Shown piece after piece: positions 9,028 through 18,323 of a stretch of 37,664 nucleotides of DNA (position 1 is the first letter of the stretch; each line of letters starts with the position of its first letter). The stretch comes from Spirochaetaceae bacterium. Lineage in GTDB: Bacteria; Spirochaetota; Spirochaetia; Sphaerochaetales; Sphaerochaetaceae. Under the pieces are notes generated by a model. It did not search any database. It saw only the letters and a program-made list of their open reading frames with translations, and was not told the DNA's origin. Made by a program: the position numbers and the translations under genes. The stretch is from the NCBI GenBank assembly GCA_016649775.1, contig JAENWY010000001.1, positions 1 to 37,664 on the forward strand. Reading direction: 5' to 3'.

Positions 9028-9146
9028 GTAGCTCCTGTGGAATTTATTTGGTTGCCATCATCGTGTCGCTTAATGATTTTTTATTTTTTGCAACTCTATT
9101 TCCATGATGTACTTAACCATAAATCAAAATTAATTACAACTACACA

Positions 9147-10187
9147 TTACCATCTATTGGTTACTTTCTCAGCAAAACCATATAAGTTTTTTATATTTAG
9201 GCTCATACCATCATCTAAAATAGTAAATCCAGAGAATTTTCCGAATACTTGATTTTGATTACTTTTGATTAATCCGACGTTAAAATTGCTATTTCTATTT
9301 ACAAGAGGATGAAATTCTAATTGAAGTCTTCCTTCTAAATCATTGAATTTCCATTTCTTAGAAATATAATTGTTTGGCATTTCTATATTAATTTTTCCAA
9401 TTTTATGTATGACTCCTTTATAGAAAATTGCATTTTCACTGGCAGGATTTCGATCTGAAAATCCAAAACCAATATTAAATCCAAAAAAATCATTTTCAAA
9501 TAAACCTGATGCCGAAGCCCAATACCATGTATTGTTATATGTCCATTTTCCTCGACCCCAATCAAGGACTGCAAATGCTGTTAATGGTTTTATTATTTCT
9601 ATATCATAGCCTCTAGTAATTTCTCCAGATACATTTATACAATTTCTTTTCTCATTTAGATAGAAAGCTTTTCTGTTCTCTTTCCAACTAGTTGCAATAT
9701 TAAGTGATTGACTATAAAGGGGAGTCTTAAGTTCAAATTTTCCAGTGAGACCTATTGTTCCGTCTGGGAGTTTTAGAAATGGTGCACCAAAAATTAAATG
9801 CGTAATACCATTTTTAACTATAAAACTAATTCTAAGTTTCTCATTTGTACTTGTAATATAGCAATCTTCTTTTGAACTTGTTGGAAGTTTTTTTTGTTTT
9901 ATAGGAAAAAAGATTGTTCGAGAACTTTGAGATACTTTCATCCTTTTGTAATCAATATAGGCTAGAGCAATTAAGCTAGCATAACCAAGATTACTAATAG
10001 TTAGAGTAACTGTATATCCTTCAATTTGGTTAGTAATAGCATAATAATCCCATTCTTTTGTTCGAAGAAATTTAGAATGTATATTTGATCTATTATATTG
10101 CCAATATGGGTATCTTGCCCATCCTTCCTTTATTAATAAACCTTTTTTATCTAAAAGGGGTGTTAAACTAAAAATTTCTGTTTCCAT
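9147..10187 (-). CDS. DUF2804-like protein (function unknown)
   Basis: 346 aa with an AGGAGA SD. The motifs KEWDYYAI, LDWGRGKWTYNNTWYWASASG, ASENAIFYKG-x-HK and FGKFSG...GFAEKVTNRW match my recollection of DUF2804. The family assignment comes from memory, not a search. Confidence 0.55.
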   Translation of the reverse strand: METEIFSLTPLLDKKGLLIKEGWARYPYWQYNRSNIHSKFLRTKEWDYYAITNQIEGYTVTLTISNLGYASLIALAYIDYKRMKVSQSSRTIFFPIKQKKLPTSSKEDCYITSTNEKLRISFIVKNGITHLIFGAPFLKLPDGTIGLTGKFELKTPLYSQSLNIATSWKENRKAFYLNEKRNCINVSGEITRGYDIEIIKPLTAFAVLDWGRGKWTYNNTWYWASASGLFENDFFGFNIGFGFSDRNPASENAIFYKGVIHKIGKINIEMPNNYISKKWKFNDLEGRLQLEFHPLVNRNSNFNVGLIKSNQNQVFGKFSGFTILDDGMSLNIKNLYGFAEKVTNRW

Positions 10188-10237
10188 TTTTTATCTCCTG
10201 CCATAGAATACTCTGAATTGTTTGATTAGTAAAATAA

Positions 10238-10271
10238 AAAAGGACTACCATTTTACTGTGGTAGTCCTTTG
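10238..10271 (-). terminator. rho-independent terminator of the PpiD-like gene
   Basis: Perfect 10-bp stem AGGACTACCA/TGGTAGTCCT (10241-10250/10259-10268) followed on the minus strand by TTTTTTATTTT. Confidence 0.8.
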
Positions 10272-10288
10272 ATAAATAAACTTATTAT

Positions 10289-11815
10289 TTATTTAGCACT
10301 TGTTGTTTTACTCATAATCTTATCTAAGAAAACAGTTAAGAAATTATTTTGCAATTTGTCAGATGCCATAATAGCACTTTCTAAATCTTGTGCATTATGA
10401 GTTCCTGAATATTGTGGATATACACTTTTAATGTATTGTCCCATGCCAGATGCAGTATCTTCTGATGCAACATAAGCCACAATAACAGAACCATTAGAAG
10501 AAATTGGAGCAACTGTTGTTCCAACTTTAGCATCAAATAATGCTTTCATTGTCTCTTCTTTAGTTGCAGCAGTTGCTAAAACACCTTTTGTGTCGTTTGT
10601 TGTAAAACTACTTAAGTATTGGCTATTTCCAATATTTTCTGAAGTAGAACTAACATTATTAACACTTAGATTTTCAGCAGTAGCAGCGGCATCAAAATCA
10701 TCAGCAATAGTACTAATAAAACTATTTGCTTTAGCAGTTAAATAAACGGTCATGATATCAGCATCATAATTAGTGATATAAGATCTTATCATGCTTATTG
10801 TTGTTTCATTTGTATAATCAGGAGTAATAGCTGCTTTATTTATTTTGTAAATGGCATAACCATTATCTGTTTCATAAGGACCAACTACATCACCGTTATT
10901 AGCTTCTAGAACTTTTAAAGAATCATCAGCATTTTTAAAGTTAACTTTAATTGCATAATAAGGAGTACTACCAATAGCGCCACCTTTACTTGCATAACTA
11001 TCTTTTGAAACAGCAATAGCTTCTTCATCAAAACTCTTTCCATTATTGATATCCGTTAATGCTGTTTTTGCAGCCGCTTCATCAGTTGTTGAAATAATAG
11101 AGATATCAATCATATTAAACAAAGTAGGATTAGCTAAAGCATATTTAGCAGCATCTTCTTTAGGGTAAGTTGATTGATCAAATACTACATATTTGAATGT
11201 TTTACTGTTATCAGCCATTTTTGAAACATAATCAGTTTCAGCATCACTTGTTAACACAGATTGAACATCATTTAATACTGTTTGATAAGGAAGTTGTCTT
11301 ACAACTTTCTTTCTAATAGAAGCTTTTTGCTCACTAGAAGTCTTGTTGTAAGTTGCAACATCGAAGTTATTATCAACATTATAATAACCACTACTAATGA
11401 TAGCGTTATTAATTGAAGTTTCGGTATCGGTGTATCCAATTTTATTTGCCATTTGTGATATTGCAGTAAATAATACTGTACTATTAAATGCTTGACTCCA
11501 AATTTGATAAAGAGCTAAATTACTATCGCTAGTAGTGCCTTTATATTGAGTACCATAATATTGGTATTGATCATAAAAATATGAATCTTGAGAATACGAA
11601 ATATCCTTTCCATCATATGAGCCAAATTTTATTTCATTAGAATTTGAACCACCGACGATTGCTTCAATTGCAGGAGCTGCTACAAATGAGATAGCGATTA
11701 GTATTAAGATTGCCATTCCGAAAATCCAACCTAAACTAACTTTTTTCTTCTTATGTGAAATCTCTTTCACGTTGTTTGGACCTGATGTAGGTCCCTTCTT
11801 ATTATCTGAAGGCAT
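10289..11815 (-). CDS. PpiD/SurA-N-like periplasmic chaperone with a parvulin-like PPIase-type domain
   Basis: 508 aa. A basic N-terminus is followed by a single TM helix (LGWIFGMAILILIAISFVAAPAI) and a large soluble domain. SKDSYASKGGAIGS ... GPYETDNGYAIYKI resembles the parvulin signature. Confidence 0.55.
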   Translation of the reverse strand: MPSDNKKGPTSGPNNVKEISHKKKKVSLGWIFGMAILILIAISFVAAPAIEAIVGGSNSNEIKFGSYDGKDISYSQDSYFYDQYQYYGTQYKGTTSDSNLALYQIWSQAFNSTVLFTAISQMANKIGYTDTETSINNAIISSGYYNVDNNFDVATYNKTSSEQKASIRKKVVRQLPYQTVLNDVQSVLTSDAETDYVSKMADNSKTFKYVVFDQSTYPKEDAAKYALANPTLFNMIDISIISTTDEAAAKTALTDINNGKSFDEEAIAVSKDSYASKGGAIGSTPYYAIKVNFKNADDSLKVLEANNGDVVGPYETDNGYAIYKINKAAITPDYTNETTISMIRSYITNYDADIMTVYLTAKANSFISTIADDFDAAATAENLSVNNVSSTSENIGNSQYLSSFTTNDTKGVLATAATKEETMKALFDAKVGTTVAPISSNGSVIVAYVASEDTASGMGQYIKSVYPQYSGTHNAQDLESAIMASDKLQNNFLTVFLDKIMSKTTSAK

Positions 11816-12076
11816 GCATTAAACCTCTTAACTAAATTTGATATCCACAAAAAAAAGATATATTACAAAAAAATACCATTTACTTTAGTGCCTGTCAATC
11901 AATTTGTTGAAAGTTAGGCTATTAGACCACATATATATAAGTAAATTCTGTTAATACTCAATATTTTAGTGATTTTTGTTAATATTTTAAATATTAATAA
12001 ATTATTGAAGTATTGCAATTTTGCATTTTTATATAGAAATATTTAATATATTCACTAAAAAACTAGTAAATTAAAA

Positions 12077-12197
12077 CAATGCTCACAACTTAAGGAATAA
12101 CTGGTAAGTCTTTTATGTAATAACCAATTATTCATTGCGTTAATGTAGGATATCTATCCTCAGAAACACGCATAATGAGCTTAAGTTGTGAACATTG
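12077..12197. repeat. 121-bp element bounded by 18-bp inverted repeats (structured RNA or MITE-like)
   Basis: CAATGCTCACAACTTAAG (12077-12094) matches the reverse complement of CTTAAGTTGTGAACATTG (12180-12197) at 17/18 positions. The arms enclose 85 nt with internal small hairpins (AGGATA/TATCCT at 12148-12160; AATAA/TTATT at about 12119-12132). Confidence 0.6.
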
Positions 12198-12338
12198 AAA
12201 TTAAAATAATAATTATAAACTGTAGGTTTGTTTAATTGTATATACATGCTACGATTTATTCTCAATTAATCATTGTGAATAATTAATTGACTTTTGCCTT
12301 TATATTCAATATCTATTAACTATGAATGAAATTAATTA

Positions 12339-12365
12339 TTAATAATTGCAAATTGCTATTATTAA
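12339..12365. promoter_or_regulatory. 27-nt near-perfect palindrome, candidate operator upstream of the IclR gene
   Basis: TTAATAATTGCAA-A-TTGCTATTATTAA has 12 of 13 arm positions complementary. It ends 27 nt before the IclR ATG, where autoregulatory IclR operators usually lie. Confidence 0.4.
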
Positions 12366-12391
12366 TAGCATAATTTTTTCAAGGAGTATTA

Positions 12392-13042
12392 ATGGCTGAA
12401 AAGAAATATATACAATCGGTAAATAGAGCTTTAGAGATTTTAGAATTCATTGCTAAAAAACGGATAAGTAAATTAAATGAAATTTGTTTAGCCCTAGATT
12501 TGAAAGCTCCAACGGCTTATGCACTTTTACAAACCTTAGAAAATAAGTCTTACATACAGAGAGTAGGTAAAACGCAATATAGCTTAGGACTAAACTCTTT
12601 AAAACTTGGTCTTATGTACGATTTAGGAGAAGAAAAAACCAAATCAATTCATATTTTTTTAACTGAATTAGTTAATATTGTTAATGAAACCTGTTATTTT
12701 GAAATTAAAATTGGTAATCTTAATTACTTTCAGGATTATGTTTTATCATCTCAATCTTTAAAAGTTGTTCCTATTGAGTCTCATTATGATGAACTTTTAG
12801 ATATTTCAGCTGTAAATAAAGCCTATAAAAATTGTAATGAAAATATTAAATTTGAAACTGATTTAGAGCAGGTTCAAAATGGATTAAATTGTATGGCAAT
12901 TCCCTATAAAAATGATAATAAAATAGTCGCTACTATTGCGTTTACAGGACCTTCCTTTAGATTTAATTTAGAAAAGATGGAAAAAGCCTATGAAGCCTTT
13001 TTATTAGTTATGAATAAATATAAAATGGGTAATCATATTTAA
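12392..13042 (+). CDS. IclR-family transcriptional regulator (short, 216 aa)
   Basis: N-terminal SVNRALEILEFIA...LNEICLALDLKAPTAYALLQTLE is the IclR winged-HTH signature. The C-terminal effector-like domain includes NGLNCMAIPY. AAGGAG SD. Confidence 0.8.
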   Translation: MAEKKYIQSVNRALEILEFIAKKRISKLNEICLALDLKAPTAYALLQTLENKSYIQRVGKTQYSLGLNSLKLGLMYDLGEEKTKSIHIFLTELVNIVNETCYFEIKIGNLNYFQDYVLSSQSLKVVPIESHYDELLDISAVNKAYKNCNENIKFETDLEQVQNGLNCMAIPYKNDNKIVATIAFTGPSFRFNLEKMEKAYEAFLLVMNKYKMGNHI

Positions 13043-13231
13043 TATTATTAATTAACGTTTTAATTTTTGCAAAAAAAATAAAACTATTTACATTTTGATT
13101 TTCAACTACTTTCTATTACTTTTGTATACCTTAACTAAAAATGCTACCCACGTAAAGTCACTGAGAAATAGTATAATAGATAATAATTTAAATCTTCTAT
13201 CAATAATTAGACCCAAGAAAAGGAAATAAAA

Positions 13232-13519
13232 ATGTTTGAAATTTGTAGCAAATGTCATGTTAATGAATGTTTAAGAGATCAATTTATTCAGAATATAACA
13301 CAATTAGTCTATACATCCAGAGAAGAAGGTGGCTGTATTTCTTATGAATTATTCCATGATTTAGAAAATGTTTCTATTTATTTTATTTTAGAGGTCTGGA
13401 GAAATGAAGCCTGTGCTAATTCTCATTTGAAATCAATAAATTGTATTAAATATATGAAAAAAATTGGAAAAACTTTAAATAAAGAAGTTGAAATAAATAA
13501 ATTTGAGAAATCAATTTAA
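13232..13519 (+). CDS. antibiotic-biosynthesis-monooxygenase (ABM/YgiN-like) domain protein, copy 1
   Basis: 95 aa. GCISYELFHDLEN...EVW...A...H matches the ABM ferredoxin-like fold signature. It is a paralog of the next gene. Confidence 0.7.
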   Translation: MFEICSKCHVNECLRDQFIQNITQLVYTSREEGGCISYELFHDLENVSIYFILEVWRNEACANSHLKSINCIKYMKKIGKTLNKEVEINKFEKSI

Positions 13520-13539
13520 AAATATAAATAAGGAAAAAA

Positions 13540-13827
13540 ATGTTAAAAATTATAGCAAAATGTAATGTATCCGAAGAGGATAGTGCAAAATTTATTCAAA
13601 ATGCAACACAATTAGTTAATATAACTAGAAAAGAAAAAGGTTGTATCTCTTATGAATTATTTCATGATTTAGAAAATAAAGATATTTACTATTTCATTGA
13701 GGAATGGAAAGACGTTGATGCCGCAAAAGTACATGGTTCTTCTGATTATTTTAAGGCTGCGATTTCTACCATTGCTAGTACGTTAAGTACTCCAATTGAG
13801 ATTAATAAATTGCAAAAGGCTTTATAA
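13540..13827 (+). CDS. ABM/YgiN-like domain protein, copy 2
   Basis: 95 aa. It aligns without gaps to copy 1, with 44/95 identical positions by hand count, including the identical block GCISYELFHDLEN. Confidence 0.7.
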   Translation: MLKIIAKCNVSEEDSAKFIQNATQLVNITRKEKGCISYELFHDLENKDIYYFIEEWKDVDAAKVHGSSDYFKAAISTIASTLSTPIEINKLQKAL

Positions 13828-13922
13828 AAAATTTTACTTCGATTTTAAATGCTAGAAAAGCTGTATTATGATTAATATAATCTTAAAAGGTTTTCTAATT
13901 TCATTTATTTTATTCAAGTAAA

Positions 13923-15436
13923 TTAATACCTGAATCCGTTAAATAGTCAAAAATCAAAAACTCCCATTATTTCTTGAAAATTTTGGGAGCAAAGCTACTG
14001 AATTTTTTCAATTTATTTTTCTATTCGGTTCAACATCACATATTTGACCAATTTTAAATTCATAGAGTAGCAACGATAAGTATTTTTAATGAATTTCGTT
14101 GATTTTAGGCTTATTGAATACTTCTAATTCTAATTATTATTAGAAGTATATATAAGTTACTAGTTGATTTGTTTGTTTTTAAACTAAAATTGGAAAGTAT
14201 TTATTGATACTATCATCAAGTCTTAATAGTAATTTTGTCCAAGGGTTCTTGTTATATAGTCGAAGTACCATATCTTTTCCTTTTCTCATGTAACGAGCAC
14301 TGGTGTAAATAATATCCCTTAGAACCGTTTTTATTCTAATTCGATCTATATCCCCAGAAACTAATCTTTCAAAGTTAAGATCAGTTTTAATTTCATTGTG
14401 AAATTGTTCTGAATTAGCGGGATCTTTATATAAATCAACTATTGTTTGAGCATCTTCTGCTAAATTTGTCCAATATAGATCTACCTCTATTTCTGGAAAT
14501 AACAATGAATCTCCATTTTTATTTTCGTAACATTCTTTAATCTTGAAGGCTATTTGAGCTTTATCTGTTACGTATTCCTTTCCTAAAGGATAAAGTTCTG
14601 TAAAATAGCCATAATAAACACTTGTCTTCCTATAAGAATAAGTTACTTTCTTATTATATAATGATTTAGCTCTTTCTAGTAAATCTTCTGGAGAAAGTAT
14701 TTCATTTGCATCATTCAGTACCTTTTGTACAAAAGGTATTGAATCTTTCTGAGAGTGTTGTTTGCCAGGTCTCAATTCAGCACCAATACAGTAATAACCT
14801 AAATAACTCATTAGTGGAGCAAATCTATCCTTACCTTTATAAGTTCTTGAGCATCCTTCTTTTTTGCACTTAGGATTTAACATTGTAGTAACATCAAAAT
14901 CGAGGGGGATGTATTTGTTGGTTATCTTTTCACATGAATAGGTAACTTTTTTAAGAAGCTCAATGTTTATCAAATTGCAGTAATAAATAAAGTCCTCGGT
15001 AATTTCTTTTTCCAAGTATAAACGGAGCGTTTCTTGCGCTGGAGTAAATTCTAGATCAAGGCATTTTGTAAATACTTCGTTATGTCTGAATTGCTCTACA
15101 TCTGAAAAATTGGTACATCCCATAGAAAGTAAACCAATTAGAGTTTTATAGATTGTTTCATTCTTTAAAGGGCTTTTAGATTTAAGTGTTTCAATATTAT
15201 ACTTAGCATTATTACTTATTTGGGACATCGCAAATGCTAAAATCTTTGAAATAAGGTTTATTACTGCTTTACTCTCTAATTCTATTGTAGTAGTATCGTA
15301 ATTAATTATATGGTCTCTCCTGTTACTTGTTTAGTTGATAATTCATTGTAACATAAGAGGTTATTTTATTTTATAGATTTTACGAAACATATGTTAATCT
15401 ATGCTAATTTTTTAGCTATACGGATTTAGGTAATAA
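13923..15436 (-). mobile_element. insertion-sequence remnant (IS1380/IS4-superfamily-like) with terminal inverted repeats
   Basis: TTAATACCTGAATCCGT (13923-13939) matches the reverse complement of ACGGATTTAGGTAATAA (15420-15436) at 15/17 positions. These repeats flank the transposase ORF. No clear target-site duplication is seen in the AT-rich flanks. Confidence 0.6.
14179..15228 (-). CDS. DDE transposase, IS1380/IS4-like, apparently shortened and probably defective
   Basis: IPLDFDVTT...KKEGCSRTYKGKDRFAPLMSYLG...LRPGKQHSQKDSIPFV resembles the first-Asp region and LRPGN-x-HS block of IS1380-type transposases. WTNL...YKDPANSEQFHNEIKTDL resembles the C-terminal Y-x-x-R/H-x-x-x-E-x-x-K region. 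At 349 aa it is ~100 aa short of what I expect, and I cannot find the middle (second Asp, RADS-like) segment. Confidence 0.5.
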   Translation of the reverse strand: MSQISNNAKYNIETLKSKSPLKNETIYKTLIGLLSMGCTNFSDVEQFRHNEVFTKCLDLEFTPAQETLRLYLEKEITEDFIYYCNLINIELLKKVTYSCEKITNKYIPLDFDVTTMLNPKCKKEGCSRTYKGKDRFAPLMSYLGYYCIGAELRPGKQHSQKDSIPFVQKVLNDANEILSPEDLLERAKSLYNKKVTYSYRKTSVYYGYFTELYPLGKEYVTDKAQIAFKIKECYENKNGDSLLFPEIEVDLYWTNLAEDAQTIVDLYKDPANSEQFHNEIKTDLNFERLVSGDIDRIRIKTVLRDIIYTSARYMRKGKDMVLRLYNKNPWTKLLLRLDDSINKYFPILV

Positions 15437-15484
15437 ATAACTTATTTAGATTTATTTAAAACTAATTTTTAATCAGGAAAAATA

Positions 15485-16288
15485 ATGAATATTATACACG
15501 TTTCTATTGGTAATAAAAATGCAATTATGACAGGTTATATACACTCTTATACTTCATTTAATATTCAAAGAAATACAAGGCCGGCAATTGTAATTTGTCC
15601 AGGCGGAGCTTATGAATTTGTTTCAGAAATCGAAAAAGATCCTGTAGCAATATACTATTTTAGTAAAGGTTTTAATGTATTTATATTAGATTATAGTGTA
15701 CGTGAGAACGCATCGAATTTTACTCCTTTACTAGAACTAAGTGAGGCTTTTGTAAAGATAAGAGATAATGCTAAAGATTTTAGAACTGATCCCACTAGAA
15801 TAGCGGTAATGGGTTTTTCAGCTGGAGGGCACTTAGCAGCATCTCTTGCCCTTTTATATAATAATCCTGAATTTATTAAAGTTAGTAAAGTTACTGATGG
15901 ATATAATAGTCCTAATGCATTGATTTTAGCTTATCCTGTTATTACTACAGGGGAATATTCTCATCAAAAATCGATCGAAAATGTAACTGCATCTGAAAAT
16001 AATATGATTAAATTATTAAGCCTTGAAAATAGAGTTACATCGGATTGTCCTCCTGTTTTTATATGGGCGACTCAGGATGATGAATCAGTTCCTATTGAAA
16101 ATAGCTTACTTTTAGTAAGCTCCCTAATTATTAAAAAAATAAGTGTTGAATTTCATTTATTTCCTTCTGGTGAACATGGTTTATCTATGTGCGATGCTGA
16201 TTGTAATAAAGAAAATACGAGCGTAGCACAGTGGAAAAAGCTCAGTATTAATTGGCTTTCAAACATATTTAAATATACAATAAGTTAA
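15485..16288 (+). CDS. alpha/beta-hydrolase esterase (Aes/BD-FAE-like)
   Basis: Oxyanion-hole-like CPGGAY, nucleophile elbow GFSAGGH, later acid QDDESVP, and His in GEHGLS. 267 aa. Confidence 0.75.
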   Translation: MNIIHVSIGNKNAIMTGYIHSYTSFNIQRNTRPAIVICPGGAYEFVSEIEKDPVAIYYFSKGFNVFILDYSVRENASNFTPLLELSEAFVKIRDNAKDFRTDPTRIAVMGFSAGGHLAASLALLYNNPEFIKVSKVTDGYNSPNALILAYPVITTGEYSHQKSIENVTASENNMIKLLSLENRVTSDCPPVFIWATQDDESVPIENSLLLVSSLIIKKISVEFHLFPSGEHGLSMCDADCNKENTSVAQWKKLSINWLSNIFKYTIS

Positions 16289-16426
16289 AAATACAACAAA
16301 TATGCGCTTTTTTGTTATTTACTATGGGTTATTTGACCCTTGGTTAGTCTTGAATATTGTCTTCATAACTGATAGATGATATATTAAAAAAATCATTAGA
16401 AAAAGCTACAATGGAGAATATAATTT

Positions 16427-18160
16427 TTGAATAAAATAAGTATAAAAGTAGTATTATTTATTATGTCTTTTGCTATGGCAACTAATCTGTATGCTACAGA
16501 TAATAGGCAATATATTTTAGCAGTTGATGATGATAATAATATTATGAATATCATGCAAACCTTATATATTGATTCAGGAATGGCACTTCCTTCATCGAGT
16601 GGCCCTTGGAGTGTAGCAGAATTAAATCTCATGCTCGATCAAGTTAAAATCAATAAATTAAATAAAAAATCTCGTGAACAATATGATTTCTTAAAAGATC
16701 AGCTATCTTCTTATACAAGAACTGTTGATAATGATATAAATCTTTCCTTTTCTCCAGAAATAACCTATGAAGCTTATTCTCATATTAATACTGACTATTT
16801 TACCACTCGTGATTCTTGGAATAGAGGTTGGGACGAACAAAGTCCTTTCTTTACTTTAAATTTTGATTTCATGGCAAATGATATTGCTTATTCTTTTGTA
16901 AATCTTTCTATTGGTTCTGCTGAAGAAAAATATTCTAAGGATTTAATGGATTTTGGTAGTCAAAGTTTTGCCACAAATGTTCCTTTTGTAGATCCAAATA
17001 GTGCTATGACTTTAAACACTGATATTAGTGATAGAGCTTTTATTGCCTTTGGTGGTGATAACTGGAGTGCTCAAGTTGGTCGTGATCAACTTAGTTGGGG
17101 CAATGGAGTATCTGGTAATATGATGTTATCTGATAATCTTGAATATCAAAATATGGGAAGACTTACCTTTTTTGGAAAGTCTTTTAAATATACCTATCTA
17201 GTATCTTTTTTCCCTCATCAAATGAATTATGTACCAACACCAATCCATACAAGTCAGACTGACCCTTTAGTAGGTTTTTCAATGTTCACAGCTCATAGAT
17301 TTGAGGGAAGATTGTTTAATAATCGACTTGGTTGGGCTTTATCTGAGGGTAATATGTTTGCAAGTGCAAATGGCACTGTAGATATGGCAGCCTTCAATCC
17401 TCTATTGTCTTATCATAGTTTATATTACAAGGCTAATTGTAATTCCATTGTATCAGTTGATTTAGATTTAACTATTGGCAACATGGTTAATCTTTATTCA
17501 CAATTAGTTGTGGATGATTTAGTATTCCCAATTGGTGAAACTAAAATTAGTACATGGAGCCCAGATGCCTATGGTTTTATCTTTGGCGTAAAATTTGTTA
17601 ATAATGAAGATTATTACAAACGTTTAACTTCAATAGAATTTGCCTATACTAGTCCCTATTTATATCTAAGAAGTTCCGGAGATACTACCACTGTTCAAGA
17701 TGGGTATGGTATTAATTATATTGTTGCTCTTAGAAAGTTCACTCAAGATGGCATTTCCTTCGAAAAGAGATTCCTTGGCTATGAATATGGTGGTGATGCC
17801 ATCGTATTTAATATTAGAGATAAAATGTATGAAACAAACAGATGGAGCCTTGAAACTAATTTATTCTTGATGTGTCATGGAACATTTGAAATGAATACAC
17901 TTTGGTCTCCTGTTGGTCCAGCACCTCGAGATGAAGTTACTACACCTACATCAACTAACTATAGTGATGTAACTAAAAATGCTCCATCTTTTACAAGTAT
18001 ATTAGGTTTTAACTACACTAATAAAATGGTTGATCACATTAGTGCTTTTGGACAAATAGACTTTGTTTCAATTATTAATCCAGACAATGTTTATGATGGT
18101 ACTTTTGCAAATAGTGAATTTGATATTCAGTTATCTGTTGGAATTACATTAAAGTATTAA
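16427..18160 (+). CDS. secreted/outer-membrane beta-barrel-like protein (possibly Wzi-like)
   Basis: TTG start 10 nt after GGAG gives the signal peptide MNKISIKVVLFIMSFAMATNLYA. The body has alternating aromatic/polar segments and ends in ...GITLKY (aromatic terminal residue typical of OMPs). GRDQLSWGNGVSGNMMLSDN loosely resembles the Wzi W-G-P-G...L-S-x-N block. The family call is tentative. Confidence 0.5.
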   Translation: MNKISIKVVLFIMSFAMATNLYATDNRQYILAVDDDNNIMNIMQTLYIDSGMALPSSSGPWSVAELNLMLDQVKINKLNKKSREQYDFLKDQLSSYTRTVDNDINLSFSPEITYEAYSHINTDYFTTRDSWNRGWDEQSPFFTLNFDFMANDIAYSFVNLSIGSAEEKYSKDLMDFGSQSFATNVPFVDPNSAMTLNTDISDRAFIAFGGDNWSAQVGRDQLSWGNGVSGNMMLSDNLEYQNMGRLTFFGKSFKYTYLVSFFPHQMNYVPTPIHTSQTDPLVGFSMFTAHRFEGRLFNNRLGWALSEGNMFASANGTVDMAAFNPLLSYHSLYYKANCNSIVSVDLDLTIGNMVNLYSQLVVDDLVFPIGETKISTWSPDAYGFIFGVKFVNNEDYYKRLTSIEFAYTSPYLYLRSSGDTTTVQDGYGINYIVALRKFTQDGISFEKRFLGYEYGGDAIVFNIRDKMYETNRWSLETNLFLMCHGTFEMNTLWSPVGPAPRDEVTTPTSTNYSDVTKNAPSFTSILGFNYTNKMVDHISAFGQIDFVSIINPDNVYDGTFANSEFDIQLSVGITLKY

Positions 18161-18292
18161 TATACTATATTGCTATCAATTATTATTTCTCTCTATTCAA
18201 TTATTACAATAAAAACATCTATTTGCATTAAAAAATCTGCACACTATATTTAATTATTCTAGAATTTAATAAAAGCTTCTTAACTATACTTT

Positions 18293-18317
18293 AGGCCTTT
18301 GATTTTAAAGGCCTTTT
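18293..18317. terminator. stem-loop between convergent genes (candidate shared terminator)
   Basis: AGGCCTTT/AAAGGCCT 8-bp stem (18293-18300/18307-18314) followed by TTTT on the plus strand. It lies between the OMP-like gene (+) and the MMPL gene (-). Confidence 0.6.
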
Positions 18318-18323
18318 ATAATA

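Noticed and set aside
9037-9574. ORFs 9037..9252 (+) and 9383..9574 (-)
   Set aside because: They overlap the well-supported DUF2804-like CDS in other frames or strands and have no independent signals.
12148-12185. Hammerhead-like CUGAGGA (CUGANGA) motif on the minus strand of the inverted-repeat element
   Set aside because: The segment following the putative stem II is CAUUAACG rather than the required GAAA core. No three-way junction can be drawn.
16396-16632. Minus-strand ORF 16396..16632
   Set aside because: It is antisense to the signal-peptide region of the OMP-like gene and has no SD.
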